The position numbers and the translations under genes were made by a program. Below the pieces are notes generated by a model. The model had not been told where the DNA came from. It did no database searches and saw only the letters and a list, made by a program, of their open reading frames with translations. Shown here in pieces: positions 40,483-50,522 of a stretch of 64,000 nt of DNA. Each line of letters starts with the position of its first letter. Within the stretch, counting starts at the first letter, position 1. The stretch lies in the sequence record NC_025447.1. One strand, 5' to 3'. This stretch comes from Escherichia phage 121Q.

Positions 40483-40653
40483 ATGAAAGAGTTATTTGAA
40501 GATCAGTTCAATACATATGTGGATAATATTCTTTATTCCAGTCGTGCCAGTCAACGAGGAAATCGTGCTTACAATATTGATTACCTATTGGTGGTGCTGA
40601 GTTCACAGTACACCAATGCGGTACAAAGGGTTTATTATGAAAAGTGCAAGTAA
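40483..40653 (+). CDS. hypothetical small protein (56 aa; below ORF-track cutoff)
   Basis: Hand-translated MKELFEDQFNTYVDNILYSS...; fills gap. Confidence 0.4.
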   Translation: MKELFEDQFNTYVDNILYSSRASQRGNRAYNIDYLLVVLSSQYTNAVQRVYYEKCK

Positions 40654-40846
40654 TAGTGATATTGCAAAGGAGAAGTTTAAGTGCAGTTTAGATTACGGTT
40701 TAAATGATTTTCTTACATGCACAATGTACAGGAATGATGATTATGAGCAATCCGTAATTTCGTTGCACAGATATTTCGAAATAATTTACGCAAGATATCT
40801 TAGAAGGTTAGAGGGAATAGGGGATTGGAATTATGATTACGTTTGA
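40637..40846 (+). CDS. hypothetical protein (69 aa)
   Basis: Start trimmed to ATG 40637. Confidence 0.45.
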   Translation: MKSASNSDIAKEKFKCSLDYGLNDFLTCTMYRNDDYEQSVISLHRYFEIIYARYLRRLEGIGDWNYDYV

Positions 40847-41069
40847 AGAACCAGAAACAATGAGTCCATATACGATGAAAGGTTTTGAATTCATGATGGA
40901 TTCGATTTTGAAGAATTCGTGTTTAGTACACAATCCTGAGCGTGCAACAGTGAGGGAATATCAGGACAATGCATTACAGCGTGTAATGAATATGTACAGG
41001 AATACGAGTCGCAAGCTTTGTGCGTTGAAAAGGATTGAAGAAATCAAGGTTTCTAGGCTGAATAAATAG
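40833..41069 (+). CDS. hypothetical protein (78 aa)
   Basis: Coupled ORF. Confidence 0.5.
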   Translation: MITFEEPETMSPYTMKGFEFMMDSILKNSCLVHNPERATVREYQDNALQRVMNMYRNTSRKLCALKRIEEIKVSRLNK

Positions 41070-41268
41070 AGACGTTTCATTTTGACAGGCCGCAGGGGGG
41101 GTCAAAAAAATTTCCGCTGAAAAACATGCTAAGGTATATGTTTAATATAAAGTTTTATATTGTGTTTTTCAGAGTACAGTTCATGTTTCCTGAAACAAAA
41201 AAAATACCCCGCCACCGAACGTGCTCTTTATATTGGAGTTTACCTTATTAATTATAGTAGAGATTAAG

Positions 41269-41646
41269 ATGGAAATAAAATATAATGAATTTTGTGCAAG
41301 GACATGGATGTACACTGGTGAGTTAGTTACGCACTCTAACTTATACAAGGGTGATTTAAACTACGCCAGGGACAAGATTTTAAAGTACTGGAATGCTGAC
41401 TTTTATTTGATGGATTTTAGTACTGGGTTTAGGGGTAAAGCAACCGAGATGTTGGACTATACAGTACTTGATGATGCTGCACTGTTTCAGGAGGCATTAG
41501 TATTTGATAAGAAGTACATCTGTACATTAGAAGAGATGATTGAATTACAGCGTAGAATTAAATGTATTCACAGGGAATGTATAGATATCTGGTGCAGTAC
41601 TGGTGAAGATAATTTTTGTAATCATTTCAATCTAGGGGAAGTGTGA
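41269..41646 (+). CDS. family-3 protein
   Basis: Start trimmed to ATG 41269; core DDAALFQEALVFDKKYICT. Confidence 0.6.
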   Translation: MEIKYNEFCARTWMYTGELVTHSNLYKGDLNYARDKILKYWNADFYLMDFSTGFRGKATEMLDYTVLDDAALFQEALVFDKKYICTLEEMIELQRRIKCIHRECIDIWCSTGEDNFCNHFNLGEV

Positions 41647-41870
41647 TGGAATTTGATTTTTTAATATCAGTACATACGGTCAAGGGTGCACCTCAGTACC
41701 TTTGTAATTTAAACAAAGGTGATTTGATTATGGATACAGATACAGAGGTTGTATACAGTTCTAATGTTCTGTGCAAGGAATTTCAGAATTCGAAAATGCT
41801 TGAGTTATTGTGCATTGCTGATTGTAATATTCTGTACAAATTCAGTACTAATCTGAAGGAGATTTTATGA
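41643..41870 (+). CDS. hypothetical protein (75 aa); N-terminus paralogous to 42235
   Basis: MEFDFLISVHTVKG...CNLNKGDL as in the 42235 protein. Confidence 0.55.
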   Translation: MMEFDFLISVHTVKGAPQYLCNLNKGDLIMDTDTEVVYSSNVLCKEFQNSKMLELLCIADCNILYKFSTNLKEIL

Positions 41871-42235
41871 AAAAAGAAATTAGAATCCAATTCGGTATGA
41901 GGAAAAAAGAGGTCATCTGTACACTGAATCATGCGGACGTGGAAATGGGTGGTGCATTACAAAAATTCTCACATTTTGTTCTTGTACTATATGAAAATGG
42001 GTCTTTTAAAATCTTCACATATGATGATTCAAAAAATTACCGTAATGATTTTGTAAATCTTACAGTACTGTCAGAAGAGGAATTCTTTCAGGAAAGTACT
42101 GTCTGGAATTTACAAGGAGCACCAATTGAATACGTCCGTGCTACACAGGTAGAGATGATCAAAACAATGCAGAACTATCCAGAAGATTATATGACTAAGT
42201 TTCATGAATCTTTTAATGTAGAGGTTGAGTACTGA
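41867..42235 (+). CDS. family-3 protein
   Basis: Core SEEEFFQESTVWN. Confidence 0.6.
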   Translation: MKKEIRIQFGMRKKEVICTLNHADVEMGGALQKFSHFVLVLYENGSFKIFTYDDSKNYRNDFVNLTVLSEEEFFQESTVWNLQGAPIEYVRATQVEMIKTMQNYPEDYMTKFHESFNVEVEY

Positions 42236-42591
42236 TGGAATTTGATTTTTTAATATCAGTACATTCTTTTAAGCACAGTTTTCAGTACTTTTGTAATTTA
42301 AACAAAGGTGATTTAATGCACAGTGCGAATGAGTATATTCATTTTACTGATGGTAAATTCTCATTTATTGATTACAGTTCATTAGATTTTCCATACACTG
42401 ATATGCCGGACTATACATTGATGGATGCTGGTGAACTATTTCAAGCTGCATTAGTATTTGACAAGAAGTACATCTGTACATTTGAAGAAGTAATTACTAT
42501 ACAAAATGAAATGAAGGTGTATGCATCGTTGAATAAACCTAATGAATGTATTAATCAAGAATACAAATTCAATATAGGAATTCCAAAATGA
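42235..42591 (+). CDS. family-3 protein
   Basis: Core DAGELFQAALVFDKKYICTFEE. Confidence 0.6.
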   Translation: MEFDFLISVHSFKHSFQYFCNLNKGDLMHSANEYIHFTDGKFSFIDYSSLDFPYTDMPDYTLMDAGELFQAALVFDKKYICTFEEVITIQNEMKVYASLNKPNECINQEYKFNIGIPK

Positions 42592-42947
42592 CATATGATT
42601 ATTCTATGTACTATTATAAGTTACCTAAAGGATGGGACTTGTGCTGTAATCTTATTAAGGGAGACTCGGAACATGAGTTGAGTTTATATATGCACTACAA
42701 AGATTCTTGTTTTAAATTTATTCATGTATTACATGATGGCTATGACTATGAATCTGAGAGTCTTATAGATTATACAGTACTGGACGATGGTGAACTATTT
42801 CAGGAAGCATTAGTGTTTGATAAGAATAAGTACTCCTGTACATTTGAAGAAATGGTTTCTTTGCAAAATGAAATGAAGAGATTTGAAAAAGAAAACGTAT
42901 TTAATCCATCCCCATCAAGAACGAATAATTATTATTTCAATATATGA
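42588..42947 (+). CDS. family-3 protein
   Basis: Core DDGELFQEALVFDKNKYSCTFEE. Confidence 0.6.
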   Translation: MTYDYSMYYYKLPKGWDLCCNLIKGDSEHELSLYMHYKDSCFKFIHVLHDGYDYESESLIDYTVLDDGELFQEALVFDKNKYSCTFEEMVSLQNEMKRFEKENVFNPSPSRTNNYYFNI

Positions 42948-42956
42948 GATTATAAA

Positions 42957-43451
42957 ATGACATTACAGAGTTCATTGGAAAAAGCAAAGAAGATTCATGA
43001 GTACATGAATATGGTAAAAGAAGGTTCAGTTTACGGTGTTTTCAAAGACACAAGTACTCAATATTATGTGCCAGATAACCTCCTTTATAATGACTGCTCA
43101 GATACAGAAACGTGCGTACTGGATACAGAAACGTGTGTACTGGATACCGACCCTAATGATTATGAATGTTTCATTGATATGCATAATGAGTACATGGTCT
43201 ATATTAATGATGCAGATATTACCATATACAGTACTGACTGCGATTCCGATGACATTATAATTCCGAGTGAAGTACTAGAAGGTCAGTGGGATAGTGAAGA
43301 GTATTACTTCCAACAAAGTACTGTTTACGATGATGAAGTACTTGATGTTATTATAATTATGTGGTACTTTAAAAGTATTGGTTCTGGGAACTTCTATTTC
43401 GATTACAAATACGTAAAGAAAACTGTAGATAACGGTATTAACAGGTGTTGA
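42957..43451 (+). CDS. family-3 protein (subfamily SEEYYFQQSTVYDDEVLD)
   Basis: Core plus internal 21-bp tandem duplication (DTETCVL x2). Confidence 0.65.
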   Translation: MTLQSSLEKAKKIHEYMNMVKEGSVYGVFKDTSTQYYVPDNLLYNDCSDTETCVLDTETCVLDTDPNDYECFIDMHNEYMVYINDADITIYSTDCDSDDIIIPSEVLEGQWDSEEYYFQQSTVYDDEVLDVIIIMWYFKSIGSGNFYFDYKYVKKTVDNGINRC

Positions 43452-43452
43452 A

Positions 43453-43923
43453 ATGAGTTTAGAAAGAGCATTAGAGATTGCGAAGTTAATTGATTTATGC
43501 AGCAAAGAAATTGTATCAAATTGTCTCAATGGATATCTATTCAAGGAAGGTAAATCATATTGTCGAATGATATACGATGACAGTAGTGAATATATCCATA
43601 TGTATGAAGAAAACTTAGATTCTTCTGAAACAACACTCAATGGGTGTGATGTTAATTTGGAAGATAATTACATGTACTTCTGTCGTGATGCTGATATTTT
43701 AATACAAGATTCTGACATTCTAACTGGTGGTGAAGAGAAACATCTTCCGTATTCAGTACTGGATAATAACTGGGGTAGTGAAGATTACTATTTCCAGCAG
43801 AGTACTATATATAATGAAGATATACTTGACAAACTTGTTATTTCTTGGTACTTTCATAACACGGATTATAGTAGCTTCTACATAGACTTGGATCTACTAA
43901 GAGTACTTAAAGAGGATATATGA
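43453..43923 (+). CDS. family-3 protein (same subfamily)
   Basis: Core SEDYYFQQSTIYNEDILD. Confidence 0.65.
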   Translation: MSLERALEIAKLIDLCSKEIVSNCLNGYLFKEGKSYCRMIYDDSSEYIHMYEENLDSSETTLNGCDVNLEDNYMYFCRDADILIQDSDILTGGEEKHLPYSVLDNNWGSEDYYFQQSTIYNEDILDKLVISWYFHNTDYSSFYIDLDLLRVLKEDI

Positions 43924-44360
43924 GTTTAGAAAAAGCACTAGAACTAGCCAACAAAATACATCAGTACCATGATAAAATAAAAAGTGGGTTCTATGCTGAT
44001 AAAGTACATGCATATGGGAATGAATATTACCTCACTGGAGTAAAGAGATACTCTAATGATATTTTACTTATGGGTCATGATAAAGACAATAATATACAGT
44101 ACTCTTCATGTAGTCAATATACTAGTTTTATGGTATATATTCCTGGTACTAAGATTACTTTTGACACATCAAATACACCTGTTGACTTCGAGGTACTTGA
44201 TGGCCCGTGGGGTACTGAAGAGTATTACTTCCAACAGAGTCTCATTTTTAACCAAGAAATGCTTGATTCCTTGGTTGTGTTGTGGTACTTTAAGGAATTG
44301 AATTTTGAACCATTCTTTCTTGACTGGGGATCATGTGAGTATTTAATTTCAGGGGAATAA
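43920..44360 (+). CDS. family-3 protein (same subfamily)
   Basis: Core TEEYYFQQSLIFNQEMLD. Confidence 0.65.
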   Translation: MSLEKALELANKIHQYHDKIKSGFYADKVHAYGNEYYLTGVKRYSNDILLMGHDKDNNIQYSSCSQYTSFMVYIPGTKITFDTSNTPVDFEVLDGPWGTEEYYFQQSLIFNQEMLDSLVVLWYFKELNFEPFFLDWGSCEYLISGE

Positions 44361-44362
44361 TA

Positions 44363-44851
44363 ATGTCATTACAAAGTGCGTTGAAAGAAGCAAAGAAGAT
44401 TCATGAGTACATGATTATGGTACAGGAAGGTTCAGTACCAGGTGTATACAAAACATCAGATACGGAATTCTTCGTTAAGGATAGAGATGATTATGACGAT
44501 TCAGAGGTATGTGCAGAAACATTAGTACTGCACACTGATACTGGTGACAGTGATAACTGTGAATATCATATGTACAATCAGTACATTAGTTATTGCCGTA
44601 ATGAAGATATTACCATCTACAACACAGATAGTGATGCTGATGACACTATCATTCCTTATTCAGTTCTGGAAGGTCAGTGGGATAGTGAAGAATATTACTT
44701 CCAGAATAGTACTATCTACAATGAAGAAGAACTGGATGTTATTGTGATTATGTGGTATTTCAAAAGTATTGACTCCAGTAGTTTCTATTTTGATTATGAA
44801 TATGTAGAGAATACAGTAGGAGAAGGTAATGTCATTACAAAGTGCTCTTGA
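44363..44851 (+). CDS. family-3 protein (same subfamily)
   Basis: Core SEEYYFQNSTIYNEEELD. Confidence 0.65.
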   Translation: MSLQSALKEAKKIHEYMIMVQEGSVPGVYKTSDTEFFVKDRDDYDDSEVCAETLVLHTDTGDSDNCEYHMYNQYISYCRNEDITIYNTDSDADDTIIPYSVLEGQWDSEEYYFQNSTIYNEEELDVIVIMWYFKSIDSSSFYFDYEYVENTVGEGNVITKCS

Positions 44852-45281
44852 AAAAGCAAAAGAACTACATGGATACTTTGAAGATATAAAGGCCGGAAAG
44901 TTCAAAGAAGTGTACAAAGCCGAGAACGGTAACTACTACAAAGATGAAATGTATAATAACTCCGTTGGTGTAAGGGTTATTCTTGGGTTGAATTCCAATA
45001 GCCCAGTGTCGTATTCGGAATACAATAGAGATGCAGAATTCATTAGTTATGTTGAAAATGGTAGCATTCGTTTTATTAATAGACAAAAACCATTAACATT
45101 GAATTGTGAAGTACTGAATGGTCCGTGGAATAGTGAAGAGTATTACTTCCAAAACAGTACTGTATATGATGATGAAGTACTTGAAGCATTAGTTATTATG
45201 TGGTACTTCAAGAGTGTTAGCTGTCCTCGATTTTATTTGGATTTCGAAGATCTTCGTAAAGTACCAGAAGGTATAGAATGA
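44829..45281 (+). CDS. family-3 protein (same subfamily)
   Basis: Core SEEYYFQNSTVYDDEVLE. Confidence 0.65.
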   Translation: MSLQSALEKAKELHGYFEDIKAGKFKEVYKAENGNYYKDEMYNNSVGVRVILGLNSNSPVSYSEYNRDAEFISYVENGSIRFINRQKPLTLNCEVLNGPWNSEEYYFQNSTVYDDEVLEALVIMWYFKSVSCPRFYLDFEDLRKVPEGIE

Positions 45282-45592
45282 AAAACTTATTCAGTGTTCA
45301 GTACGTTCCTGGTGAAATTGGTTTATTGTATCTATTTGACCATGATAATTCATTATTACTAGTAGTGAAGAAATGCCAAGCTAGTTCGTTTGTTGAATAC
45401 ATTCACGATAGTGAATACATTCCTGATTTCCTAGAGTGTGATTATCACGATGAACATGAATCATTTATTTTTCAGGAATCACTCGTATGGGATAAATCGA
45501 TCAACTTCTTTACGTTAATTGAATTACAAAAGCAGGTGAAGTATTATTGGGATTACTTAATTACACAGGATTACATTGAGATTGAAACATAA
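45278..45592 (+). CDS. family-3 protein
   Basis: Core HESFIFQESLVWD. Confidence 0.6.
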   Translation: MKNLFSVQYVPGEIGLLYLFDHDNSLLLVVKKCQASSFVEYIHDSEYIPDFLECDYHDEHESFIFQESLVWDKSINFFTLIELQKQVKYYWDYLITQDYIEIET

Positions 45593-45900
45593 TGACAAAA
45601 AATGAATTTGATTCACTTTGTACGGTTTATAATTCATTGACAGAAATACCTGACTTTATTAATTACATTTCAGCTTTAAATCAAATTATGAATAGTTTTG
45701 AACAATCGTTTGAAGAGAAATATGCAGGTAGAAAAGTTCTATGTCATATGTCAATGTACTTGGGAGATGGTGAGCCTTACACTACCAGTACTACATGTGA
45801 AATAAAAAAATATAATATATTATTGGGCACAATAGAATTCACAGTATCCAATGGTGGTAGTTATATGTACTTTAGAGATGGAGTGGTTGAATTATTATGA
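45592..45900 (+). CDS. hypothetical protein (102 aa)
   Basis: Coupled ORF; no family core. Confidence 0.5.
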   Translation: MTKNEFDSLCTVYNSLTEIPDFINYISALNQIMNSFEQSFEEKYAGRKVLCHMSMYLGDGEPYTTSTTCEIKKYNILLGTIEFTVSNGGSYMYFRDGVVELL

Positions 45901-46346
45901 GTTACGAAAGTGCAATCAAGAAAGCAAATGATATTCTAAAAGTTGTTCAGTTCTTCAAAGAAAATCCTGAATACTTAGCTGATGAAAACCATGATCACGA
46001 TGAGAGATTGAGACGAAAAATTGTCGCTTTATTTGACACTAATGCGGATAATTATAGTCTAATTGAGTTAGCATACGATTATATTTCATTGAACCGAAAC
46101 GGACATTTAGTTAATATAGAAAGACATGCGAGTGAAGAATCTTTTAAAATTTCAGACATTTTATCCCTGAGTACTGAAGAAGGGTACTTCCAGGGTAGTA
46201 CTGTTTATGAACAAGGAACACTTGACAATCTATGCACATTCAGTGTAATATATCAGAAATCAGTACTGGATGTATTTTATCTTGACACTGCTGAACTGGA
46301 TACACTAATCAATTTTGTTACTACTGAAGAGGCCACATTTGAGTGA
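45897..46346 (+). CDS. family-3 protein
   Basis: Core TEEGYFQGSTVYE. Confidence 0.6.
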   Translation: MSYESAIKKANDILKVVQFFKENPEYLADENHDHDERLRRKIVALFDTNADNYSLIELAYDYISLNRNGHLVNIERHASEESFKISDILSLSTEEGYFQGSTVYEQGTLDNLCTFSVIYQKSVLDVFYLDTAELDTLINFVTTEEATFE

Positions 46347-46879
46347 TGAAAGTTAACATCAATGACTTTGATGCATTACAAGATTTATCAAAAAAGATTC
46401 GCATAATCGTACCAGTACTCAAAAAATGCAGTACTGGTTTAATTGATCCTAGTACTGTTGTTAATGAGAAGTACAATTTTCATCGTGTATTACAGGGTAC
46501 AGGTGCATTTCAGAAGTGTGATGTACGTGAGAAACACGTAATTGATACATCATTGTTTTCTATTGGTGCACCTGTGTCGAATAATTCTATTTTCCTGGAT
46601 AACGCAGGAAATATTCAACAATTAACATTTAAGAAAAGGAAAAAGAACAATAACATTGGTGTGTACGCGATGAAGTGGGGTCAACCTGATTTGAAGCGTG
46701 AAATTCACATCCCTAAGTACAATTACAATGCATTTGACGAACAGTGTTTTCAACTATCGTGTACTGACCCTGACTATGCAATCATTCAGTTCTATATGGA
46801 ATTGCAGATAGCATTTAACAGTAATTTATATATTAACTTGTTGGCAATGAACATCGATGAAGTATTCAAAAACATTTAA
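46343..46879 (+). CDS. family-3 protein
   Basis: Core DEQCFQLSCTD. Confidence 0.55.
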   Translation: MMKVNINDFDALQDLSKKIRIIVPVLKKCSTGLIDPSTVVNEKYNFHRVLQGTGAFQKCDVREKHVIDTSLFSIGAPVSNNSIFLDNAGNIQQLTFKKRKKNNNIGVYAMKWGQPDLKREIHIPKYNYNAFDEQCFQLSCTDPDYAIIQFYMELQIAFNSNLYINLLAMNIDEVFKNI

Positions 46880-47075
46880 TCGAATTGAATACATGAGAAC
46901 TGTGAGTGCAGTGTGGGACATATGGTTCACTACTAAACCAAAAATGGATTACCATGACTTTAAGCTCTTGTTCTTCGTTGGCTCTAACAAACAGGATGTT
47001 GCAATGAAGGGTTATATTCAGCACTTACAGGAACTAATACAGAAGAGGGTTAATGAAAATAATAGACCAAGATGA
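46857..47075 (+). CDS. family-2-like small protein (outlier copy)
   Basis: Core FVGSNKQDVAMKGYIQHLQ. Confidence 0.55.
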   Translation: MKYSKTFNRIEYMRTVSAVWDIWFTTKPKMDYHDFKLLFFVGSNKQDVAMKGYIQHLQELIQKRVNENNRPR

Positions 47076-47244
47076 TATTGCTAAACTATTCAATATATAT
47101 TCTACTAGAATGATGCAAACAGACTCATATAGTACTGAATTCAAAGAGTTGAAAGTACTGATGTACTTGGGAACCCAATATCAGGAACAAGTTATTTTGG
47201 AATATATTAATTCGTTGAAGAAGGATATCCGTTATGTACGATGA
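47053..47244 (+). CDS. family-2-like small protein
   Basis: Core YLGTQYQEQVI. Confidence 0.55.
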   Translation: MKIIDQDDIAKLFNIYSTRMMQTDSYSTEFKELKVLMYLGTQYQEQVILEYINSLKKDIRYVR

Positions 47245-47794
47245 TTTAGATCTTGCGTTTGAACGTATGGTAATTTTAATGCAATGTGCAGAAATGCATG
47301 AAACAATCCGTCGCACCAAAGGGATTGAATATACAAGTAAACTATTCTCATACGAAAGTCGTCGAGGGATGGATCATTTTTACTGCACTGATTGTTCAAA
47401 GTTTTCAGTACTGAAATATTATCATCCTACTGTTTCCAATAATAGTTTAATATCCACATATGACGGTGATCTGTTTAGTGTAATGTATGACACATTACAT
47501 CCATCAATTTCAATCTATAAAGATTGCGATAGTAGTTTATCGTATATAATTGAAGATTACTTATCTCCTAATACTGAAGAGAATATTTTTCAGAACAGTG
47601 TGTTGCATGATGAATTAAGTATAAAATGCATCTATATGTTCAATAAGTTAAAAGAGTACGCCGATAATAATTACTTCATTGATGATTTAGCGGTATTGTC
47701 TGTTTCCGTTTTTAATACAAATGATATTGATATGAAATACTATAATGAGATTTGTAAAGTACATCATATGTATAAGGAACTATTATGTCAATAA
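47234..47794 (+). CDS. family-3 protein
   Basis: Core TEENIFQNSVLHD. Confidence 0.6.
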   Translation: MYDDLDLAFERMVILMQCAEMHETIRRTKGIEYTSKLFSYESRRGMDHFYCTDCSKFSVLKYYHPTVSNNSLISTYDGDLFSVMYDTLHPSISIYKDCDSSLSYIIEDYLSPNTEENIFQNSVLHDELSIKCIYMFNKLKEYADNNYFIDDLAVLSVSVFNTNDIDMKYYNEICKVHHMYKELLCQ

Positions 47795-48387
47795 ATGCAA
47801 ATAAATGTTGTAGTGCAGATGTGCATTTGTTTTTTAAGAAATTAGCAAATGATATTATATATATGCAGGAAATGATTTATCACAAACGAGCGGATTTAGA
47901 AAAAGCATTAGTACAGTTCTCATTTATGCTTGATGGTGATATATTTCTAGAGAGTGATGCATTGCAAATAGTATTAGACAAAAATGCTAAAAGATTTTTA
48001 TTTCATATAGATAATAAATTATGTTCCTCCGTATGTCGTACTTTTTATAATCGTGATTCGGACTTATATCAATTCCTTTATTCTAAAGGTGCAGTAGAAG
48101 CATCATATGGTGATGGTTATGCCCTAGGAAAGAGTATTCCATTTATGAAATCATTTAAAATAGAACACATCAGTACTGATGAAGATGCAATGTTCACAAA
48201 TGATATAACTATGGGACGTGAAGATGCAATGCGATATATTACAAATTCTATGCATACATTCTTTCAACGAACAGAATTTGATAATGTATATATATCAAAT
48301 GTAAATATTTTCAATGACCTGTGTCAGTACTTGAGAAGTGTTTGTAATTTCGATGAAAGCTATTGTAAGCTATATACTGAGGTATAA
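47785..48387 (+). CDS. hypothetical protein (200 aa)
   Basis: Coupled ORF; core degenerate. Confidence 0.5.
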   Translation: MSINANKCCSADVHLFFKKLANDIIYMQEMIYHKRADLEKALVQFSFMLDGDIFLESDALQIVLDKNAKRFLFHIDNKLCSSVCRTFYNRDSDLYQFLYSKGAVEASYGDGYALGKSIPFMKSFKIEHISTDEDAMFTNDITMGREDAMRYITNSMHTFFQRTEFDNVYISNVNIFNDLCQYLRSVCNFDESYCKLYTEV

Positions 48388-48392
48388 AACAA

Positions 48393-48755
48393 ATGAACAC
48401 ATTAAGTATTACATACTATACAACTAAAAAATTAGTTACTTGTTTAATATCTTTGAAGACAAACCATGATGATATGTTTGATATGGCTGCATATGAATTA
48501 GAATTATCAGAAGATGGCTTCAAGAGCTATGAAGTATATAGCTATGTCCGTGAAGATGTAATTGACACTACACTAATGCAAGAGGATGAGTTATTCCAAG
48601 AAAGTTTAGTATGGGATAATAAGTACGATTGTAACTTTGATTTCTTATGTTTAATCCAGAAAGAAATGAAAAGAATCTTTGATAATTATCCAATCAAACG
48701 TTTCAGTACTGCACCTGAGCAATATAAAAGGATTATATTCACCTATGAAGATTGA
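48393..48755 (+). CDS. family-3 protein
   Basis: Core QEDELFQESLVWDNKYDC. Confidence 0.6.
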   Translation: MNTLSITYYTTKKLVTCLISLKTNHDDMFDMAAYELELSEDGFKSYEVYSYVREDVIDTTLMQEDELFQESLVWDNKYDCNFDFLCLIQKEMKRIFDNYPIKRFSTAPEQYKRIIFTYED

Positions 48756-49122
48756 ATTTGAAGTTATTACATATAGTATAGGTGATGGTATCCGTTGCTA
48801 TGTACAAGCAAGGCATATGGTTCCTGATGATAAACTGTCACCCAAAAGCTTCTGTATCACACAAGATCTCTTAGATATCAACGGAGAGTACAAGTACATA
48901 TATTATCTTACTAAGGGTTATTGTAGTACACGTGGTTTTAATATTGTAGCTGTTTCTAGAGATGAAATTGATGATTTAACTGAGTACGGGGAAGAAGAGA
49001 TGTTCCAGTACAGTACTGTTTTTAATGAACTGGATGTGTTTCTGTTACGAAAAATACAACACATTATGCAAGAATGTTTGCATCATAAGAGAGGTATGGT
49101 ATGCGACGTGAATCTGAATTAG
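48745..49122 (+). CDS. family-3 protein
   Basis: Start trimmed to ATG 48745; core GEEEMFQYSTVFN. Confidence 0.6.
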   Translation: MKIEFEVITYSIGDGIRCYVQARHMVPDDKLSPKSFCITQDLLDINGEYKYIYYLTKGYCSTRGFNIVAVSRDEIDDLTEYGEEEMFQYSTVFNELDVFLLRKIQHIMQECLHHKRGMVCDVNLN

Positions 49123-49442
49123 TTAAAGTAATGTACGCTACTCATATTAAACTACTACTTGTTAAATTTGATTATAATAAAAAACATAATGATTTCTATA
49201 CTTTAATTCGTGATGAAAATACATTCTCCTTGCGATGCAACAATATACCCTTGAAGATAAATGATTTTACTTCACTTGACGAGGGGGAATTATTTCAAGA
49301 ATCATTAGTTTTTAATAGTAATATAAAAATTGATATAGAAGTTATTAAAAAATACCAGATTCTATTGAACAAAATTATGAATTGTTATCCATGTGAAATA
49401 GGTGGTCATATGCAGTTCAAATCAAAAATGTATGAATTATGA
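49101..49442 (+). CDS. family-3 protein
   Basis: Core DEGELFQESLVFN. Confidence 0.6.
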   Translation: MRRESELVKVMYATHIKLLLVKFDYNKKHNDFYTLIRDENTFSLRCNNIPLKINDFTSLDEGELFQESLVFNSNIKIDIEVIKKYQILLNKIMNCYPCEIGGHMQFKSKMYEL

Positions 49443-49449
49443 GGTTTAT

Positions 49450-49986
49450 ATGTTAGATAAAAAAATGAACTCTGGAACCCAATATAATCATCTTAAGTTG
49501 GATACATTCGAATCAGCTATCAGTACAGCACAAGATATAATTGATATTATCAAGTTCATTAAAGAAGATAAGTTCAAATGTTTGAAAATACTAAATCGTT
49601 CAATGTACCGTGATAAAAATATTCATGTATCAGTACGTAGACCGAAAGATCAAGAAAGTGGGAGAGATTTCTATAACAACAGTGAGCAGTTCGAATGTGA
49701 ATATGATCCAGAATTTAGAGGTGGTTTCATGTGTTACTGTATGAAGGATACCTCACACATTGAGATACGTTCATCGAAAGGTGGCATACGTACATTAGAG
49801 TTTATTGATATAGTTTTAAATCAGGAATACTACTTTCAACTATCATTATTGTTTCCTGCATACGATTTAGGAGTTCTATTCATGTATAAGTACTTTCATG
49901 AGCACTGGAATGAAGACTTCTATCTGGACTTAGAAGATTACCAATTAGTTTGGAAAGAAATGGTAGAACTTCGCAACCCATCTTGA
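49450..49986 (+). CDS. family-3 protein
   Basis: Start trimmed to ATG 49450; core NQEYYFQLSLLF. Confidence 0.6.
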   Translation: MLDKKMNSGTQYNHLKLDTFESAISTAQDIIDIIKFIKEDKFKCLKILNRSMYRDKNIHVSVRRPKDQESGRDFYNNSEQFECEYDPEFRGGFMCYCMKDTSHIEIRSSKGGIRTLEFIDIVLNQEYYFQLSLLFPAYDLGVLFMYKYFHEHWNEDFYLDLEDYQLVWKEMVELRNPS

Positions 49987-50012
49987 CACCCTCCGATTCT
50001 TTGTGATATAAT
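49983..50012 (+). promoter_or_regulatory. internal promoter with extended -10
   Basis: TTGACA, 18-nt spacer, TGaTATAAT. Confidence 0.5.
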
Positions 50013-50045
50013 CTCTTTATATTAATTGTAAAGGGTTATATCACA

Positions 50046-50522
50046 ATGTCCAAAGACCTATCATTTAGCAATGCACAAAAAATAGCAAAAGACATTATCA
50101 GGGTTTATAAATTCCTTACAAATGTTACTGAAGATTTTTCCGTGGGCAAACATACAGTCAAAAAACGAAATGGATACCTTTCCTTTATGGATGGGTTACT
50201 CTATAGTTCAGATGAATCAACTTGTAGTATTAGAGTGCTTGATGAAGTACCAAGTGGTGATTTTATTTCATACCATTTCCCAAGTTCAGATAATTTCAAA
50301 TACTACAATCATCATCTTATAAATGAAGGATTTGATACGGCTGAAATTAACACTGAAGAAGAGTTCTTCCAGTACAGTACTGTGTATCCAGAGAGGATTG
50401 TTTTCAGTTCAGTGATTTACACTGCCCTTAAAAATGAACTAAATTCAGATAGTGATCATTTCTACTTGGACCTGAACAATCTCGATTGTATTATTGAGTA
50501 CCTGGAGAAAAATGGTTTATGA
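50046..50522 (+). CDS. family-3 protein
   Basis: Core TEEEFFQYSTVYP. Confidence 0.65.
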   Translation: MSKDLSFSNAQKIAKDIIRVYKFLTNVTEDFSVGKHTVKKRNGYLSFMDGLLYSSDESTCSIRVLDEVPSGDFISYHFPSSDNFKYYNHHLINEGFDTAEINTEEEFFQYSTVYPERIVFSSVIYTALKNELNSDSDHFYLDLNNLDCIIEYLEKNGL

